A DNA stretch of 62,989 nt, counting the filler, from Hyphochytrium catenoides (lineage: Eukaryota > Protista > Hyphochytriomycota), in the NCBI GenBank assembly GCA_900088475.1. It is 10 parts of 10 records of this genome, joined end to end, with 100 filler letters (N's around TTAATTAATTAA, not from the genome) between each part and the next. Parts side by side here need not be neighbours in the genome. Positions count along the whole stretch, not along the records: positions 21,576 to 31,858 come from FLMG01003313.1; positions 31,959 to 53,923 come from FLMG01004572.1; 8 more parts are not named here. One strand, written 5' to 3'. Below are positions 23,370 through 36,752 of this stretch, piece by piece. The translations under genes were made by a program, and so were the position numbers. How positions within the stretch are numbered: position 1 is the first letter of the stretch; each line of letters opens with the position of its first letter. The notes beneath the pieces are model-generated. The model was not told the DNA's origin. It saw only the letters and a list, made by a program, of their open reading frames with translations, and made no database searches.

Positions 23370-26300
23370 ATGGCGCCACGCAAGGCTGCCAAAAGGGGAG
23401 CCGCAACGAAGGTCGGCAGCTCAGAAAAGAAAGGTAGGGTGTGATGTCCTGCGTGATGACATTTGCGATTCCTGACTGACTTGTTAATCGCCATCAATCT
23501 ACAGATGGCCATGGCAAAAAGCCAAGCTCCAACGCTCAGCAACCAAGTAAATCTTCGCCAAAAACCTCAAATGAAGCCTCAGCAGAGCAGACAAGTGGTC
23601 CTGCATCAAATAGAGGATCCATCATTCGAGGACGAATTTGGCGCTCGGGAATAACCAAGAATGACCTTATCAAGCGCCTAAGGGTAAGTGCCTTCTTGGA
23701 TATCTCCAGCTGCCAAATTCTCAACCTTAAACCATTCAGGACCTCCACGAGGCTCTGCAGGGCATTGACCAAGAAGAAAAGGTAGACTATTTGGATCAGG
23801 TCGCCGCAGAGCTCGTATCACACGAGCTTCTTGAGCACTCTGACAAGGTTCGTCTCGTAGTTAAGATCCGCGGCACGGCTTAGTTGCGGATGTATATCTA
23901 CGAAGATTTGCGCCTCCGGCTCACCATTCCTTTTTCTTTCTTGCTCGCGCGTCTACCGCTTCATGTCAGGATGTCAAGCTCTACACTGCTTGCTGCTTAG
24001 TTGATATCCTCAGGCTCTTCGCTCCGAAGGCTCCATATACGCAAGTAGAGCTCAAGGTAAGTACGCAGCTGAAGAGAATGGGCTTTGTTATTATGGCCAG
24101 GAAGGCTTACCGTAGCGTCTACCATGCTCTACGGTTTATGCAAGGACATCTTCACGTTGATAATCAATCAGCTACGTGGGCTGGGCAGCTGTACCAGTCA
24201 GGATGCGCGGTTTATGCGCTATTACTATGTGCTAGAAAGTTTGGCAACTGTTAAGTCCTGCGTCATTCTTGTGGAGCTCGACCAACATGATGCATTGCAC
24301 GACAAGGATGCAGAGGAAGAGGAAAGTTTACTCGTCCAGATGTTCGAATGTTTGTTCTCCACCATTCGGTAAGAAACTAAGCATATCCGAAAGCATTTAT
24401 GTACTCTGTCTTGTCATCAACTCTGTCATTCTGTGATTTAGACCTTCTCCGATGAAAGGCCTCCCTTTCCCTCGTCTAGCGAACTTTCCGAGATGTTACT
24501 ACGGTCAATCCTTTGACATTAACAATCCTATGAAATGTCCCTGTGGGTTTCCAGCGAGGACCATTCCACCAAGGTTGAAACATATATGTTAGACATTATG
24601 TCCACGTGCATCGACGAATGCGATGATATCAGTCAAAAGATGCTTGATGTCATACTTCTAAACCTGTTACCGAGCTACAGGGTGAGTCTTAAGCTCCCAA
24701 TCTAATCCGTTGTAAGCTTTAGCATGGTCCTGACGTCTGACTGCTTCTTCTTGTTCCGTTCCTTTGGGTCGTAATGGTTAGAGCTCAGGGAATCAAAAGC
24801 CATATCTCCTTGCCCAGAACCTAATCAGGAAGACCGCGATGAGAATGCAACCAGTCATCTCTCAGTTTCTTAAGTACGTTTTCTTCGGTTACCGCGACAT
24901 GACTTTCGCTGACCTAAGCCTGGTCTCGTCTTTCTTTGGTCGACTCAAATCAGTGCTGTTATTATTGACAACAAGCAACTCGACAGCGAGTTATCTGACA
25001 ACATCTATACCCTGGTATACGAGTTGCACAAGATCAGTCCCTCACTCTTGCTATACGTGCTACCCAATATCTGTCTTCAGCTGCACGTCGATGAGCTTAA
25101 GGTGCGATCTAGTAGAAAGTAGTTTGCTGGACTTCGACCTTTTTTATCCGCTCTCTGTCTTCAAAATAGTCCTCGATTTTGCCACCCACTCCTTCATACA
25201 TGTTGATTCTTTGTGGTTCTGCTGTTCGCTGCTTAGGTTCGACAAGAGACGGTTGCGTTGCTCGGACGGCTTTTTGCCTCTTCACATGCGGAGTACGGCG
25301 AGCAGTACCGAAAGAATTTCAGGGAGTTTTTAGGACGGTTCAAGGATGTCAGTAAAGAGATTCGTCTCCAAATGATACAGATTGGGTGCATCCTTCTTCA
25401 ACGAAAGCCCAACCTTGCACCGCTAATCTCAGGTAGAAGGAATACATACGCATGGCAGCTCCACGCTTTGCTTGAACTTCTATTACCGCTGCTGTGCTCA
25501 TCTATAATCTATTGAGACGACTCCTCTGTATCCATGCCGATCATATCCTTCCTTTCATCGTGTTCTGTTCTTCTCTGTTTCTGCATCCAACTCACATTAT
25601 GCCTTTCAGAGGAGCTGAAGTCTCGTTTGGCTGATCCTGACTGGGAGGTTCGCCGAAAGGCTGTGAATGAGATTTGTGATGTAGCTGCCAATGACTTAAC
25701 CTGTGTTGAGGCCTCGCTAATCAAGGAAGTGGGAGAGAGGATGAAAGACAAGAAGGTAGAGTTGAAGATCTACTATCCCAAAGACTCGACTCTTTCATAA
25801 GTCATGGACTGACCCAGACCTTGTGCGCCTTCCACATCACTGCACCTGTTTATCCATCGATACATTCACATTGAACGCATTCGCGTCTGCCCTCGTTTTG
25901 GTACTATGTATTGCCAAACACAGATACCCATCAGGAAGGAGACAATGACGGGTTTGGCCCAAGTCTATGCAACCCATTTAAGCAGCAAACTACAGCAGAA
26001 CCCAGAATACCTAAGCACTACTGAGGGAGCAAAGGTGCTTGAGAAACTTCGTTGGGTACCAGAATATGTCCTCAAATGCTATGCCTTCACTGAAATGGAG
26101 CTCAGGTTTAGAGTTCTGCAGGTAAAGTGGGACCTACACCCAATCTTTGATCTTTTATTCAATCTGTTCGATATTGACATGCCAATGCCCTTTATGGTAG
26201 TTGTTAGACGACATCTTGCTGCCAAAGCAAGCGTCCGAGGAAGCCCGTGGTAGAATATTGCTGTGCCTTTTCGATGCCCTTGACTCCACCGGCAAGGAGG

Positions 26301-29300
26301 CGCTTAGAAGAATCCTTTTGGATCGTAGACAGACTCAACAGTTTCTTCAAAGATATCTTGAGGTAGTTGGTAACTCTTTCTCGTAACCACTAAAGTGGCT
26401 CTTGAATGTTCGCCCTTCTCTGACTTGACTGCGTTTTACTCACTGTTCCTTGTGACTGACTGACTTAGCTGCGTTCTCACTGTTCCTTGCGTCTGCCCCT
26501 CGATAATGTAGCTTCGAAGCCAGCTTCGTACCTGCGAGGCATCTGAGCAGAAGGAGGTGGAGGCCCGTTTGCATCAAGTGCTTGTCAACATTATTGGAGT
26601 TCTTCCCCCAACGGAAAACGCCATATCTCTCATTACTGAGAAGCTTCATAAACTGAAGGATCAACGGATCTTCAAGCATCTCCTCGTCCTATCTTCCCCC
26701 GAGTCTTCAGCAGCCATGATAAAAGAATCAAAAGTACGAGCGTCCTGTTATTATAGAGCCTACTTGCTATCGTCTAGCTTTGATCAGAGCTATTGTTTTT
26801 CCGCATGGAAGTAGTCATCACATCCTGTCATTATGTGGTACCATGACAGGAGCCCGACGAGACTACTATCTACCTATTGTAATTCTTGACACTCTAGTCT
26901 ACGTTGCCTTGGCTGAAGCCTTAGTAGTATAAAGTGTACTTCTGCTAGTAACCTAATTTCTCCTGCCGTCACGTAGGACTACGTGTTGAAGAGCTTAGGC
27001 ACAAAAACCGCAATTGGGGAGTATGTGAAACTACTAATCAGGAAATGCAGCATGGCCACAATCAACGTAGACACTATGGAGCATCTAATTGCCTTCGTGA
27101 AGGAGGCCGGAGAGGGAGAATCGGAGAAGCGGCAGAGGGGAGGAAAACATTCTAGCGGTCAACCTGCGGCAGCAGAAACTGGCTCTCAAACTACGAGTGC
27201 ACTTGAGCTCATTAGGGTATGGCCTTGACCAGTGGCATTGGCCTGATTATTTCTGCCTCTGATAGGTTCCGTTCTCTTGGTTGCCGTCAAGTTTCAAGTA
27301 ATGTCGTCTACATGTCTTAACTCTTCTTGATGCAGATTACGGCGAACATCTTTCCGGACGCCATCGCCGATATTTCGTCGGATCTGATAACTATGTTAGA
27401 CTCCAAGCAGGAGGCAAGTGTGCTGTCTACTTTACAGATACTGAGTGTGGTCGGCGATGAAGTGAAGACAAAGAAGGTGCGTAAGGCTAGGTTGCCAGAT
27501 AAGTCGATCCTTGTACGCCAGTGTCTCGTGTTTATGTTGGAAAAGCGGGAAGGCTGGGATGAGAAAAAAGGGTAGAGGGTGAGTGTGTAAGGAGGAAGGC
27601 CAAACATTGTCTGCGCAGAGCCAGATGAAGCTATCATAGAACAGAATGCATGGTGGTTGTCTGGGAATGCTGCAGGGTGTAACGAAGCCGCAGAAGGCGG
27701 GTCAGGATAGTCTCTTGTATGAAGCTAAGTCTTCCTCACCGTTCATACTTCTCAGATATCAGCCAAGCTCGTAGAGTTTTGCACGACTGGAACTCCTGCC
27801 CAAGCCAAACATGCCATGGGAGTCCTCTGCAACATGCATCACCTTGATTCCAAAAGAGCACATTCGTCAACCTCGGAAATCAGGAAGGTTGTCCAGAAGC
27901 TTGCAACAAACTTGATGGAGGAGAATGACAAACTTGCAACACATCTCAGGTACAGTTCGCTGCTACTATTAGAAATGAGCCCGCTGTATGGCTTTAGCGG
28001 TATCTAACCACTCATTGTGCATGCTCTTAACGTCTATGACTTTCCCGCTGTTGCGCGCCAATTCCTACATCTAGCGCTTTGGCAAAGTTAGCAAAGGTCC
28101 GGCCCCATATATTTGAAGAATTCGCTCAGACTGTACAAGAAGACCTACTTGGAAACATTCTGGACTTCCAGACAGCGAAGGCCAACAAAGGAAAGGGAAG
28201 AAAGAAGTACGTCTTATATGCATGCAGGCTTCCTGCAGATGGTTCTTCTAAGTCAATCAAAGCCTTCTCCATCATATTGCTCTGCAACTTTTCTTGCCTA
28301 AAGAGTTGGATAGTCCAGTCCTCAGGGGTTTCCACTAGCCCAATCATTTCATGCGCGTTGGTCTAGTTGAACTCTCGCAGAATGATGACTCACACCCGTG
28401 CGTTTCCAGGTCTGCAAGTGCCGCTGCGTCCGAAGTCTCTAGGAACCGTGTAAGGGCAATGAAGGTTCTTGCCAACCGCTGGCTTATGATCAGAGAGGGA
28501 GAAGCTCCGGCTACAACGACAAGTTCCTATATATTTATGGAAGAGGATGCTCTGGTTGACCAGGCTAGACCTGTTCTTGAGCTACTTTTCTCTGTCATCA
28601 GCAAAGCAGGCAAGATGGACGACAGTTACTCCGAAGAGGAAGCTGCAGAGCTGCGGTGCGGCGCAGCCACGGGCCTTTTAAAGCTTACTAGGAATCCGGT
28701 TCGTCGCTAGCCTTGTACACTTGCCATGGTCGTACTTACTATGGTTGCGTGTCCATGTCACAACGGTCTTACTTCTTTGCTCGAACTGTCTTTTCGTTCT
28801 CAACTTGCCCCTATCGCATTTCCTTGCTAACAATACTGGCGGTCCATCAACTAGGCCATCGACAAGCTTATCCTACCCACAGACTGGCATAAGCTAGCTT
28901 GGACAATCCAAGATCCTGAAGCTCGTGTGCGACAGGTACGGCGACTGCTGACCTATGTTAGCATAAGGTCGTTCATGAAGCTTGTCATTTAATATAGTGC
29001 TCGTGTTCCCTTGACTCACATGGCCCCATTTCGGTAGAGCATTATACGGAAGCTTCGCAACTCTGCGGTCCGTCACCAGACACTGAATCTAAAATATATA
29101 AGCTACTTGGTGCTTGCTGCGATGGACCCAGAGCCCTTAAACAAGAAAGAGGCGAAAAGCACATTGGTGTCCGCAATCAAGGCTATGAGGCTGAAGCATG
29201 AGCAGGAGGGCCTCAGCACCAAAGGCAAAGATGCCATTAAGGTGATTATTCTCCTTTCCCGATATGATTCTATTCTTCTCTCAAGCTCGCCCTTCGAAGT

Positions 29301-31466
29301 TATCTGCTTTTCTCGGGCTTTCTCGTTGGTTCTCATATCCCCTTTCTAGCGATCAAGTAAACGCTATCCAACCTGATATTCTTTTGTAACTTCCCCGAAT
29401 AGTGTCATTCCTTTTGTGCAAGTTAGTACAATCTTTTACTTGGTATGCAAGCTGGCAGCGTACTTTTGCACCTGCAAGCCTGGACGTAAGGTCTATCCTA
29501 CGACCAGCTCGTACTCCCGCCTTCAATCCCTTTTGCCCTATGTCTGACAAGGGATGACTATGTGACTATGTAGGTTCTTCTTATGCCAGAATATCTAGTC
29601 CCCTATGCGTTGCACCTCATTGCTCATCATCCGGACTATCCGGAGAGGCCGGATGGAGCTCGGGCTGTCACTTTGTCTCATTATCTTCACTTTCTGCTGG
29701 ACCCGCTTGTCTCTCTTATGGGCGCAGAAGCAGACAACGTCTCCTTCCTTCTACAGCTTCTTGATAAAATGAGCCGACTGAAGGATGCTGTGACTGGGTA
29801 AGTTTGTCGGTCGACTAGCGCTTCTACTTTTCAGCAATTGACAGAGTGGTCTGCGCGTCCTAGAATTCAAAGGATTAAGGTTAGCCTCACTACGTCTACT
29901 TGCATATAACTCCTTCAAATATCTTTTGTAGGGATTCTGAGAGAATCAGCTTCCTAGTTGACCAAGCAGTGTCAATTCTTAAAAGAAAAATCAAGAATCA
30001 AGAAAACCTGAAGCCATTCCCAGGTCAGAATCATCACATTAGTCTCATGACTTCCATCTTGATCACCTATCTCACTCTACGCCTGCTCCATCCCACAGGT
30101 TCCATATTTATTCCCGAGTCACTTTACTCCGTTAAGAATGGAACCAAAGGCGCCGTTAGAAGAGATTCAGCTGGATCGTCTGCAGGGGGACCAGGAAAAG
30201 CCTCTCCTGCCGTTAATACCAGTTTCAGCAGTGATACTCCGGACACGGAGCATCCATCCTCCCCCGCCGGACTGTCGCCTAAGCCAAAGAAGCATGTAAG
30301 CTCTCTCTCTTGAGTCTCCTTTGAGCGAAAAGTTCTCGGGACGCTATAGTTCCACACTTTGAGACAGTGTCTAAGGCCCTTCATTCTGCGCGCCTCGCAG
30401 ATTCATATGCAGAAGTTCCGCAACGCTAATGGAAAGGTCACGTCTCCTGCACCACGCAAGGATGAAGATAAAAAAGCCTCGAAGAAGCGCAACATGAAGG
30501 AAGGAGACGGGAGCTCTTCCTCAGGTTAGCAACGAATATTGACGATGCAATTTGAAGGGAAGAGAGGAAGGAAGAGATGAACAAGCAAGCGCAGGACTCA
30601 ACTTCGCTTCATTATTAATAGCGCTAGCCCTGGCTCAATCGACCACTCAAGTCCACAACTACGTTAAACTGTTCTGATGGTGATATTCTCCTGTTATCCA
30701 GCTAAGAAGGGGCCCAAAAAACGTCTCTCTGTTGAAGGCAACGCATCAAGTAAGAAGAAAGGGAAAGAAACTCCACCTCCCTCACGAGTGCAGCCATCTC
30801 GGAGGGCCCGACCTGTGGTGGAGATGGCAGACCAAGACAGTGATGTCGATCTCTCACAGGGTCACGAAGGCGAGGAGGAACAGGATCAGGAAGAGGAACG
30901 AGAGGAGGAGATTGAAGAGAACCGGTATGGAGTCAATAGGAGAGCGAGGTTGAAGGACAGACAGGAGCAAAATGACTGAGAGAACGGGATCAGTTTCTTG
31001 CTATTTGCGATACTTCGTCCCAACAGTTTAACCCTTTTCTCCTGACTTTTCGCAGTGGTCGACCAGAAAAGCCAGGAGCCAGTGACGAGGAAGATGTTCA
31101 AGAACCAGAGCACAGTGAGCCTGAGCCAACGCCATCTGGTCCCAGCTCGCCATCTCCTATGCAGAGACGGAGGGGGAGAGGAGGAGTTAGAAGCGAGCTT
31201 GATTCCGTCTCCTCTGCAACTCCTTCTTCCACATCGCCCTCAGGAAAGAGGAAAAGCGGCAGAGAGACTAAGGCCAGTCCAGCCAAGAGGACAAAGAAGG
31301 ATGTGAAGGTATATATACGGCCATTGGTCTCTTTGTGTTCTGAAACTCTTTGTACCCTTAGCCAGGCTCTCTCTTTCTTACCTATGCTTTCGTGTCAACT
31401 TACCGCTCCTTTGTCTGTGTATAGGCTCCTGTGCGCGCCAGCACACGTGTCCGAGCTGCTCGTTAG
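23370..31466 (+). CDS. PDS5: Sister chromatid cohesion protein PDS5 (HEAT repeat); about 27 exons
   Basis: DVKLYTACCLVDILRLFAPKAPY, YYYVLESLATVKS, YELHKISPSLLLYVLP, FLGRFKDVSKEIR, RLADPDWEVR, ERMKDKK, GTPAQAKHA, MPEYLVPYALHLIAHHPD, and a low-complexity Lys/Glu-rich C-terminus. Canonical GT-AG introns traced by eye. Confidence 0.95.
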
Positions 31467-31858
31467 GTGACTAGCACAGCACAGCTACTGCATGAATGCC
31501 TTTCTAGGTCTTTGCTCTTTTTAAGTCTCTATTTCTTCTTTGTACACCTAAACGTGGAACTCTTGCATTCAGCACTGTGCAACTGGGTAGAGGTTACGGC
31601 TATTCATCCTCATGCCGGAGCAATGCGAGTCCATCATCTCCCCAGAGTGGTGACAGCAGCCTCTGCTAATATATGAAATGCATACATATCTACCTACGTC
31701 TCTTTCAAGCCTCCATGGACCCCTTTCTCTCTATTGTTAACCTTCTCATGCTCCTGTACCAGCGCGACGACACTCTAGCGCTCTTGCTAGAGCGTCATGC
31801 TATACGGCGAACGTCAAGTGAGCGTGACCATTATCCACCAGCAACCGCTACCATGTCT

Positions 31859-31958
31859 NNNNNNNNNNNNNNNNNNNNNNNNNNNNNNNNNNNNNNNNNN
31901 NNTTAATTAATTAANNNNNNNNNNNNNNNNNNNNNNNNNNNNNNNNNNNNNNNNNNNN
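31859..31958. other. Artificial contig-joining spacer
   Basis: N44-TTAATTAATTAA-N44. Confidence 0.97.
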
Positions 31959-33787
31959 AGGAGCAACGCGGACGTATAGGCTATGTGGTCGAGGAGGGCC
32001 TACCATACAGGAATATGGGAGAAGTCCTCCCTGTGGGGCAGCCGAGTAAGACGTTAGTGGTGCCCCAGGCTTACCGTCGTAAAGTCCTCAAGTGGTTTCA
32101 TGATGAGGCCTCGCACATCGGGGTCACGCGCACGTACAAGTCTATTGCATTGCGCTACTATTGGCCGAACATGCATAGGGATGTTCGTCAGTATATTGGG
32201 GCATGTGTAGTTTGTCAACAGCATCCACATACGGATAAGCCAAGGAATAGTCAGTCCTACAGCTTGTCGCGTAGTGCTGCAGGCGATATTGGACTGTTAG
32301 TGGGAGTGGAAGTCATGGCACATTGGCCGGAGGCCTTCCTTCTCAAAGATATGACTTCGACGTATATTAAGAGCTTCTGCAGAGAGGCATTGTGCAGCGG
32401 CATGGAAGGCCTAAGTTTATTGTTACCGATGGAGCAAAGTATTTCCTCTCTGAGGCCGTAAAGGAGCTCCTTCAGGAAGTCAAAACAACGCATGTAGTGG
32501 ATTCGGCGTACCAACATGGGGCTACCGCTACAGCGGAGCGCCTCATACGGACGCTGCAGCACATGATCAAAAAGCATGTCAACGAAGATCAGACGAATTG
32601 GCCGGATGCGGTCGATAAACATTTAGCAGCCTACCGGTTCTCGGTCAACTCAGTTACTGGTTTCTCTCCATTTTACCTCATGCATGGTGGTCGGGAACCG
32701 CGGGTGCCAGGGGATCTGCTACTACGGAATGGGTCCACGATGCGCTCCAGGTTTCGCTCTACAGCTGATTATATCACTTATCTTCAGCGCCAGTTTCGGC
32801 GGCAGAGCCTACTCACTGCTCGAGCACGGAAGGCTAAACGAGCCCAAGCGCAGATCAACATCAGAACATCAGTGATACGGACAGCGCGGAGGGAGGGCCA
32901 TCGTCTCGCTTGCCTTTTGTGGCAAGGCGCTTACGACCTCTCCCTGCTCAGCCGCTGAGTCCGTTAGTACCGGGTGACAAGGTTTGGCGCTACATTCCTA
33001 GTAAAGGAGTCGCGGGGACATCGCCCAAGTTAGCGAAGACCTGGTGGGGACCATATGAGATCCTGCGTCAGGAAGGACCTCTGACCTATCGTATTCGTGG
33101 GGCTGTGGAACACAAAGGTGCTGGCAATGTCCACTGGAAGGAGGTTTTTAAGGTCCATCGGAAAGCACCTCCGGTTGATTCAGTTTCCATCAGCCACACC
33201 GACAGAAGCAATAGCTTCCCCTAGCGTTGTCGACGAACCAGATTGGACCCGTGGTCCAAATGTCCACGTGGAAGATATGAGGGTTCAAGAGACCTAGGAG
33301 TAGGAAGTAGGAAGCGTCTGCGTGCGGGCAGTGGAGTCACAAGGAGAAGGCAGGAGGGTTGGTTAGTTGGCAGAGCAGGGAGCGCTTGTGAGGGCATGGT
33401 TTTCCCACTTTCTGACGGGTGAGTGGGTTTTTCGTCCAGCCTGATGAGGCACAAGTGCATGGTTTGTCAATAGATAGTTGTTTGTGTTGTAAGTAAGTAA
33501 GTCCCGGTGTTGGGCAGTCAGGATTACTTGGAAAGAACCGTAAGTTGGGACCGCCGTGTAGGGGGGGGGTGGAAATCCCCGCAAGGGAGGGGGAGGGGGA
33601 AAGTTTTGGGGGGGGTCGTGTGGTGAGCTACGTTCCCCTACCCAGCCAACAACCCCTTCACCCATCCATCCCAAGTCTCTGGGAGCCTCAGGACCATTCA
33701 GGCTCTCCAATACCAAGTACTGTATCGTATAAACTTATTAGTAATTTCCCCGTCACCAGACAAGTCTCAGACCCATATAATACTACA
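31959..33787 (+). mobile_element. 3' part of a Ty3/Gypsy LTR retrotransposon with frameshifted integrase
   Basis: HHCC zinc finger (WFHDEASHIGVTRTY...YYWPNM...CVVCQQ), integrase core (RHGRPKFIVTDGA...AERLIRTL...TGFSPFYLMHGG-REP) and GPY/F motif (PGDKVW...PKLAKTWWGPYEI), split over three frames. Followed by a G-rich PPT and an LTR. Confidence 0.92.
33619..33787 (+). repeat. Putative 3' LTR (169 bp)
   Basis: Starts TGTGGT just after the G-run GGGGGGGGTCG and ends ACTACA, giving TG...CA termini with a 5/6 inverted match. The 5' LTR is absent from the contig. Confidence 0.6.
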
Positions 33788-33862
33788 CTGCCCAAACCGC
33801 TTTCTTTCTTTCTACTCTTCCTCTCGATCAAACAAAGGCAATAGGCTTGTTGACCATGGTTG

Positions 33863-34248
33863 GCACGCAGGAAAAAAGCGCACATTTTTGCGCCCCAGCC
33901 CTTGCTTGCCCAGCCTTTCCTGCTCACCTTTCTATCGCAAACCTTTGAATCAGCAAACAAGCCTTGCAAACAGGAAAAGCAAACATGGAAAAATGTGCGC
34001 TTTTGAATCACCAGCTCTTTGACTTCACCAGTATATTGTGTCAGCGCTTTTCTCTGTGAACCTTTCAAAGAGCAAACTTACTTTGCCATCAGTGTTTTGC
34101 ACGCAGGCAAAAGCGCACATTTTTGCCTTCAGCGCTTTGCTCGCCAAACCTCCTTCTTGGCGCCTCCCATTTCCCCGCTAATTAACCTTTGAATCAGCAA
34201 GCAAATAAAGGCAAACATCTTTGACAACATGGAAAATTGTGCGCTCTC
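33863..34248. repeat. Two diverged tandem units (period about 235 bp), each bounded by a 16-bp inverted repeat
   Basis: AAAAGCGCACATTTTT at 33874-33889 and 34109-34124. Its reverse complement is perfect at 33989-34004 and degenerate at 34233-34248. Both units share AACCTTTGAATCAGCAA. Confidence 0.8.
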
Positions 34249-36312
34249 AAATGCGTGTATTGGACGGTTGAGCTAAAACAAGTCAAGCGAATCCTCTTGC
34301 TGCTGTTTAACGAGACTTTGAGGGAGAGCTGGCTGCTTTACTCGTAGTAACATAGTGATGATGGAAAGAGAGAGAGACAAAATGCAAAGAGCTTGAGATG
34401 AAAAAGGAGTAGGAGCAGATGGTACAGTACAGAACTGCTCTTTTTTGCCTCCAATCAATAAGTAGAGGGCAGCCCTTACTTCCTCCAAACTCTCGTCGAT
34501 AAAGTTGTGGCATAGCTGTGAGACTCCATTATTTGTCCATATTTCCCAATGGCGCATTGCCCTGTTGGCTATAAACGATGAGAGTGGCTCGATAAACTGC
34601 TCCTCTATCATAGGGTCAAATGTTATGACGAATAAGACGAACAATAGACCGGCGAACCGTGCAGCAGCCGACAATATACTCGTCTAAGAGTCGTGACAAG
34701 CCGGGATAGGCGACAGAATCATTTCTCAGAATGCATTTCTTCTTCATGATCATCTTCGACGTGTAGGGAGTAGTTCCACTTTCGTAGGTCCATCATAGTC
34801 GAAGAGAGGTCACTGCCCCGTCCTCCATCATCCAGTATCGACCTCATGTGCTGCCATGCCTCGTGACCTTTCCTCCTCCTCCCCGACACATCCTCAGCTT
34901 GGCTTAGTGGAGCCCAACTCCCTAGAGCGACAGCTTGCATCTCCATAGAATCTCCATAAACCGAGCGTAGACTCAGCAGCGTTTATATATCGCAGACGAT
35001 AGAAGAAGTGAGTTCTACCTCAGAGCGAGAGAGGCTTCTGACTAATCTCAATGACATTTCTCTATGAACCGCAATAAAAGATCCATCAGGACAAAACACA
35101 GCTTTCCGAAATCCGACGAATTTCTCCGAAATTTGACACTGAGACCAAATACATATTCATGATGATCTAAATGTTATTCACTATTTTCTGGCTTTCGGGT
35201 GAGATAATTCTTAATAAGTCGAGATCCCTAATCTCGTTGCTTGGTACTTTTGGGTTTTGAACGATAGTCCCTATTCTACACTCTTCTAACAGATCTTAAT
35301 TGCGGCAACGGAACTCTAGATTTGGGCTCTTCTAGACCAACCTGCAGGTGCCCGAATCTAGGAGAAGCGACAGCGATTGAGTGAGGAATTGGTCATGGGT
35401 AAAAATCATGGAAACTTACGTCCAAAGCAAGGGAAATCACCGAAATATTCCCTTCAGCAGCCCTTTGGGTTGCTTGTCATTCCCATCCTTTAGAGGATAC
35501 TTTCCAGCCATGCTAGATAATTCGCATGGTTGGGCTCAAAAGATACGGACCACAACCTTGATAACGGACAAAGGTCAAAGGATGCCTCTTGGAAGGCTAT
35601 ACATTTAGTCGGACTCCCCGACTGTACCACCTAACACTGGCAACTAAGAGACAGTTTGGACTTGAGATGATGGCATACCAAAATTTTTGACCTGCCTCAC
35701 TCCTAAACTCCGTACACTAACGTCTCCTAGGCCTTTTGAGAGTTAAGGAGGGCCATCGCTCTTGTAGATCAACCAGGCGAGACAAAGCTTGGGCCATGCG
35801 GAGAGTAGGAAGGGAGGAACTGGGAGGGACTGTGGAAGAGACTCAAAATCCCAAAGACGTTCCCGTACATTGCGTACAAGTAGAAGTGAAGAAAGTCCTA
35901 AGTTAACTATGATTGCCTGTCTCACCTCAAAGGCTTTGCCTTGTCAAGCCATACTCTTCTGACCCTTCTCTCTCTTAACGAGACGGGGATAAACCATAAA
36001 TAATACTCTTCGAACCGCCTTCTGTTTCTCCTATTCTCTCTCACCCCCTTTTCCTCAGTTATTCTTCGACACTTCAACTTGAAAGCTTCTTGCAATGTTT
36101 CTGGTAATAATACGATAACAAAAGTACAGAGGATTCTTTCATCTTATGGAATGTTTCATCAGTAGAGTCAATAATTTTCCTAACACCAAACACGGCGGGG
36201 ATGGGTGGGCATGTTGATTAGCCCCATAGTTAACATTTGGCTCCATCGGCCCACAGACCCACCTGANNNNNNNNNNNNNNNNNNNNNNNNNNNNNNNNNN
36301 NGAGAGAAAGAG

Positions 36313-36353
<41 letters not shown>

Positions 36354-36752
36354 TAGCAGAGAGAGTGAGAGAGAGGAGAAAGAGAGAGGAAGAGAAGAGC
36401 CTGTAGAGTCAGAAAAATGGAGGCTCTCGTCCCTTATATATCCTCTGATTCGAGTACGCCATCTCACCCTCTTTCCCTCCTTTCCACCCTGTGTTTATCG
36501 TTTTTCTCTCTCTCTCACTCCTTTTTTTCCTCTTGGTACTTGCGCCATTGTGCCGTTATTGCCCCGACCCTGACCAGGCATCCTTCACCATCTGAAGCTC
36601 ACTTCTGAAGCTCTGCAGACGGCTTATTTTGAGATTTCAGGACCCCTTCCTTATGTCTCCGCTCTAGCGAAGGGCATACCACACGACAGCACTCCTAATA
36701 GTGGAGCGGCATAGGAAGATATTGAGAGAGAGGACCCTTTCAAGCAAAAGCG

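Noticed and set aside
33224-33450. Chromodomain after the Gypsy integrase
   Set aside because: The frames are broken by stops and no Y.VKW.G-type motif is visible.
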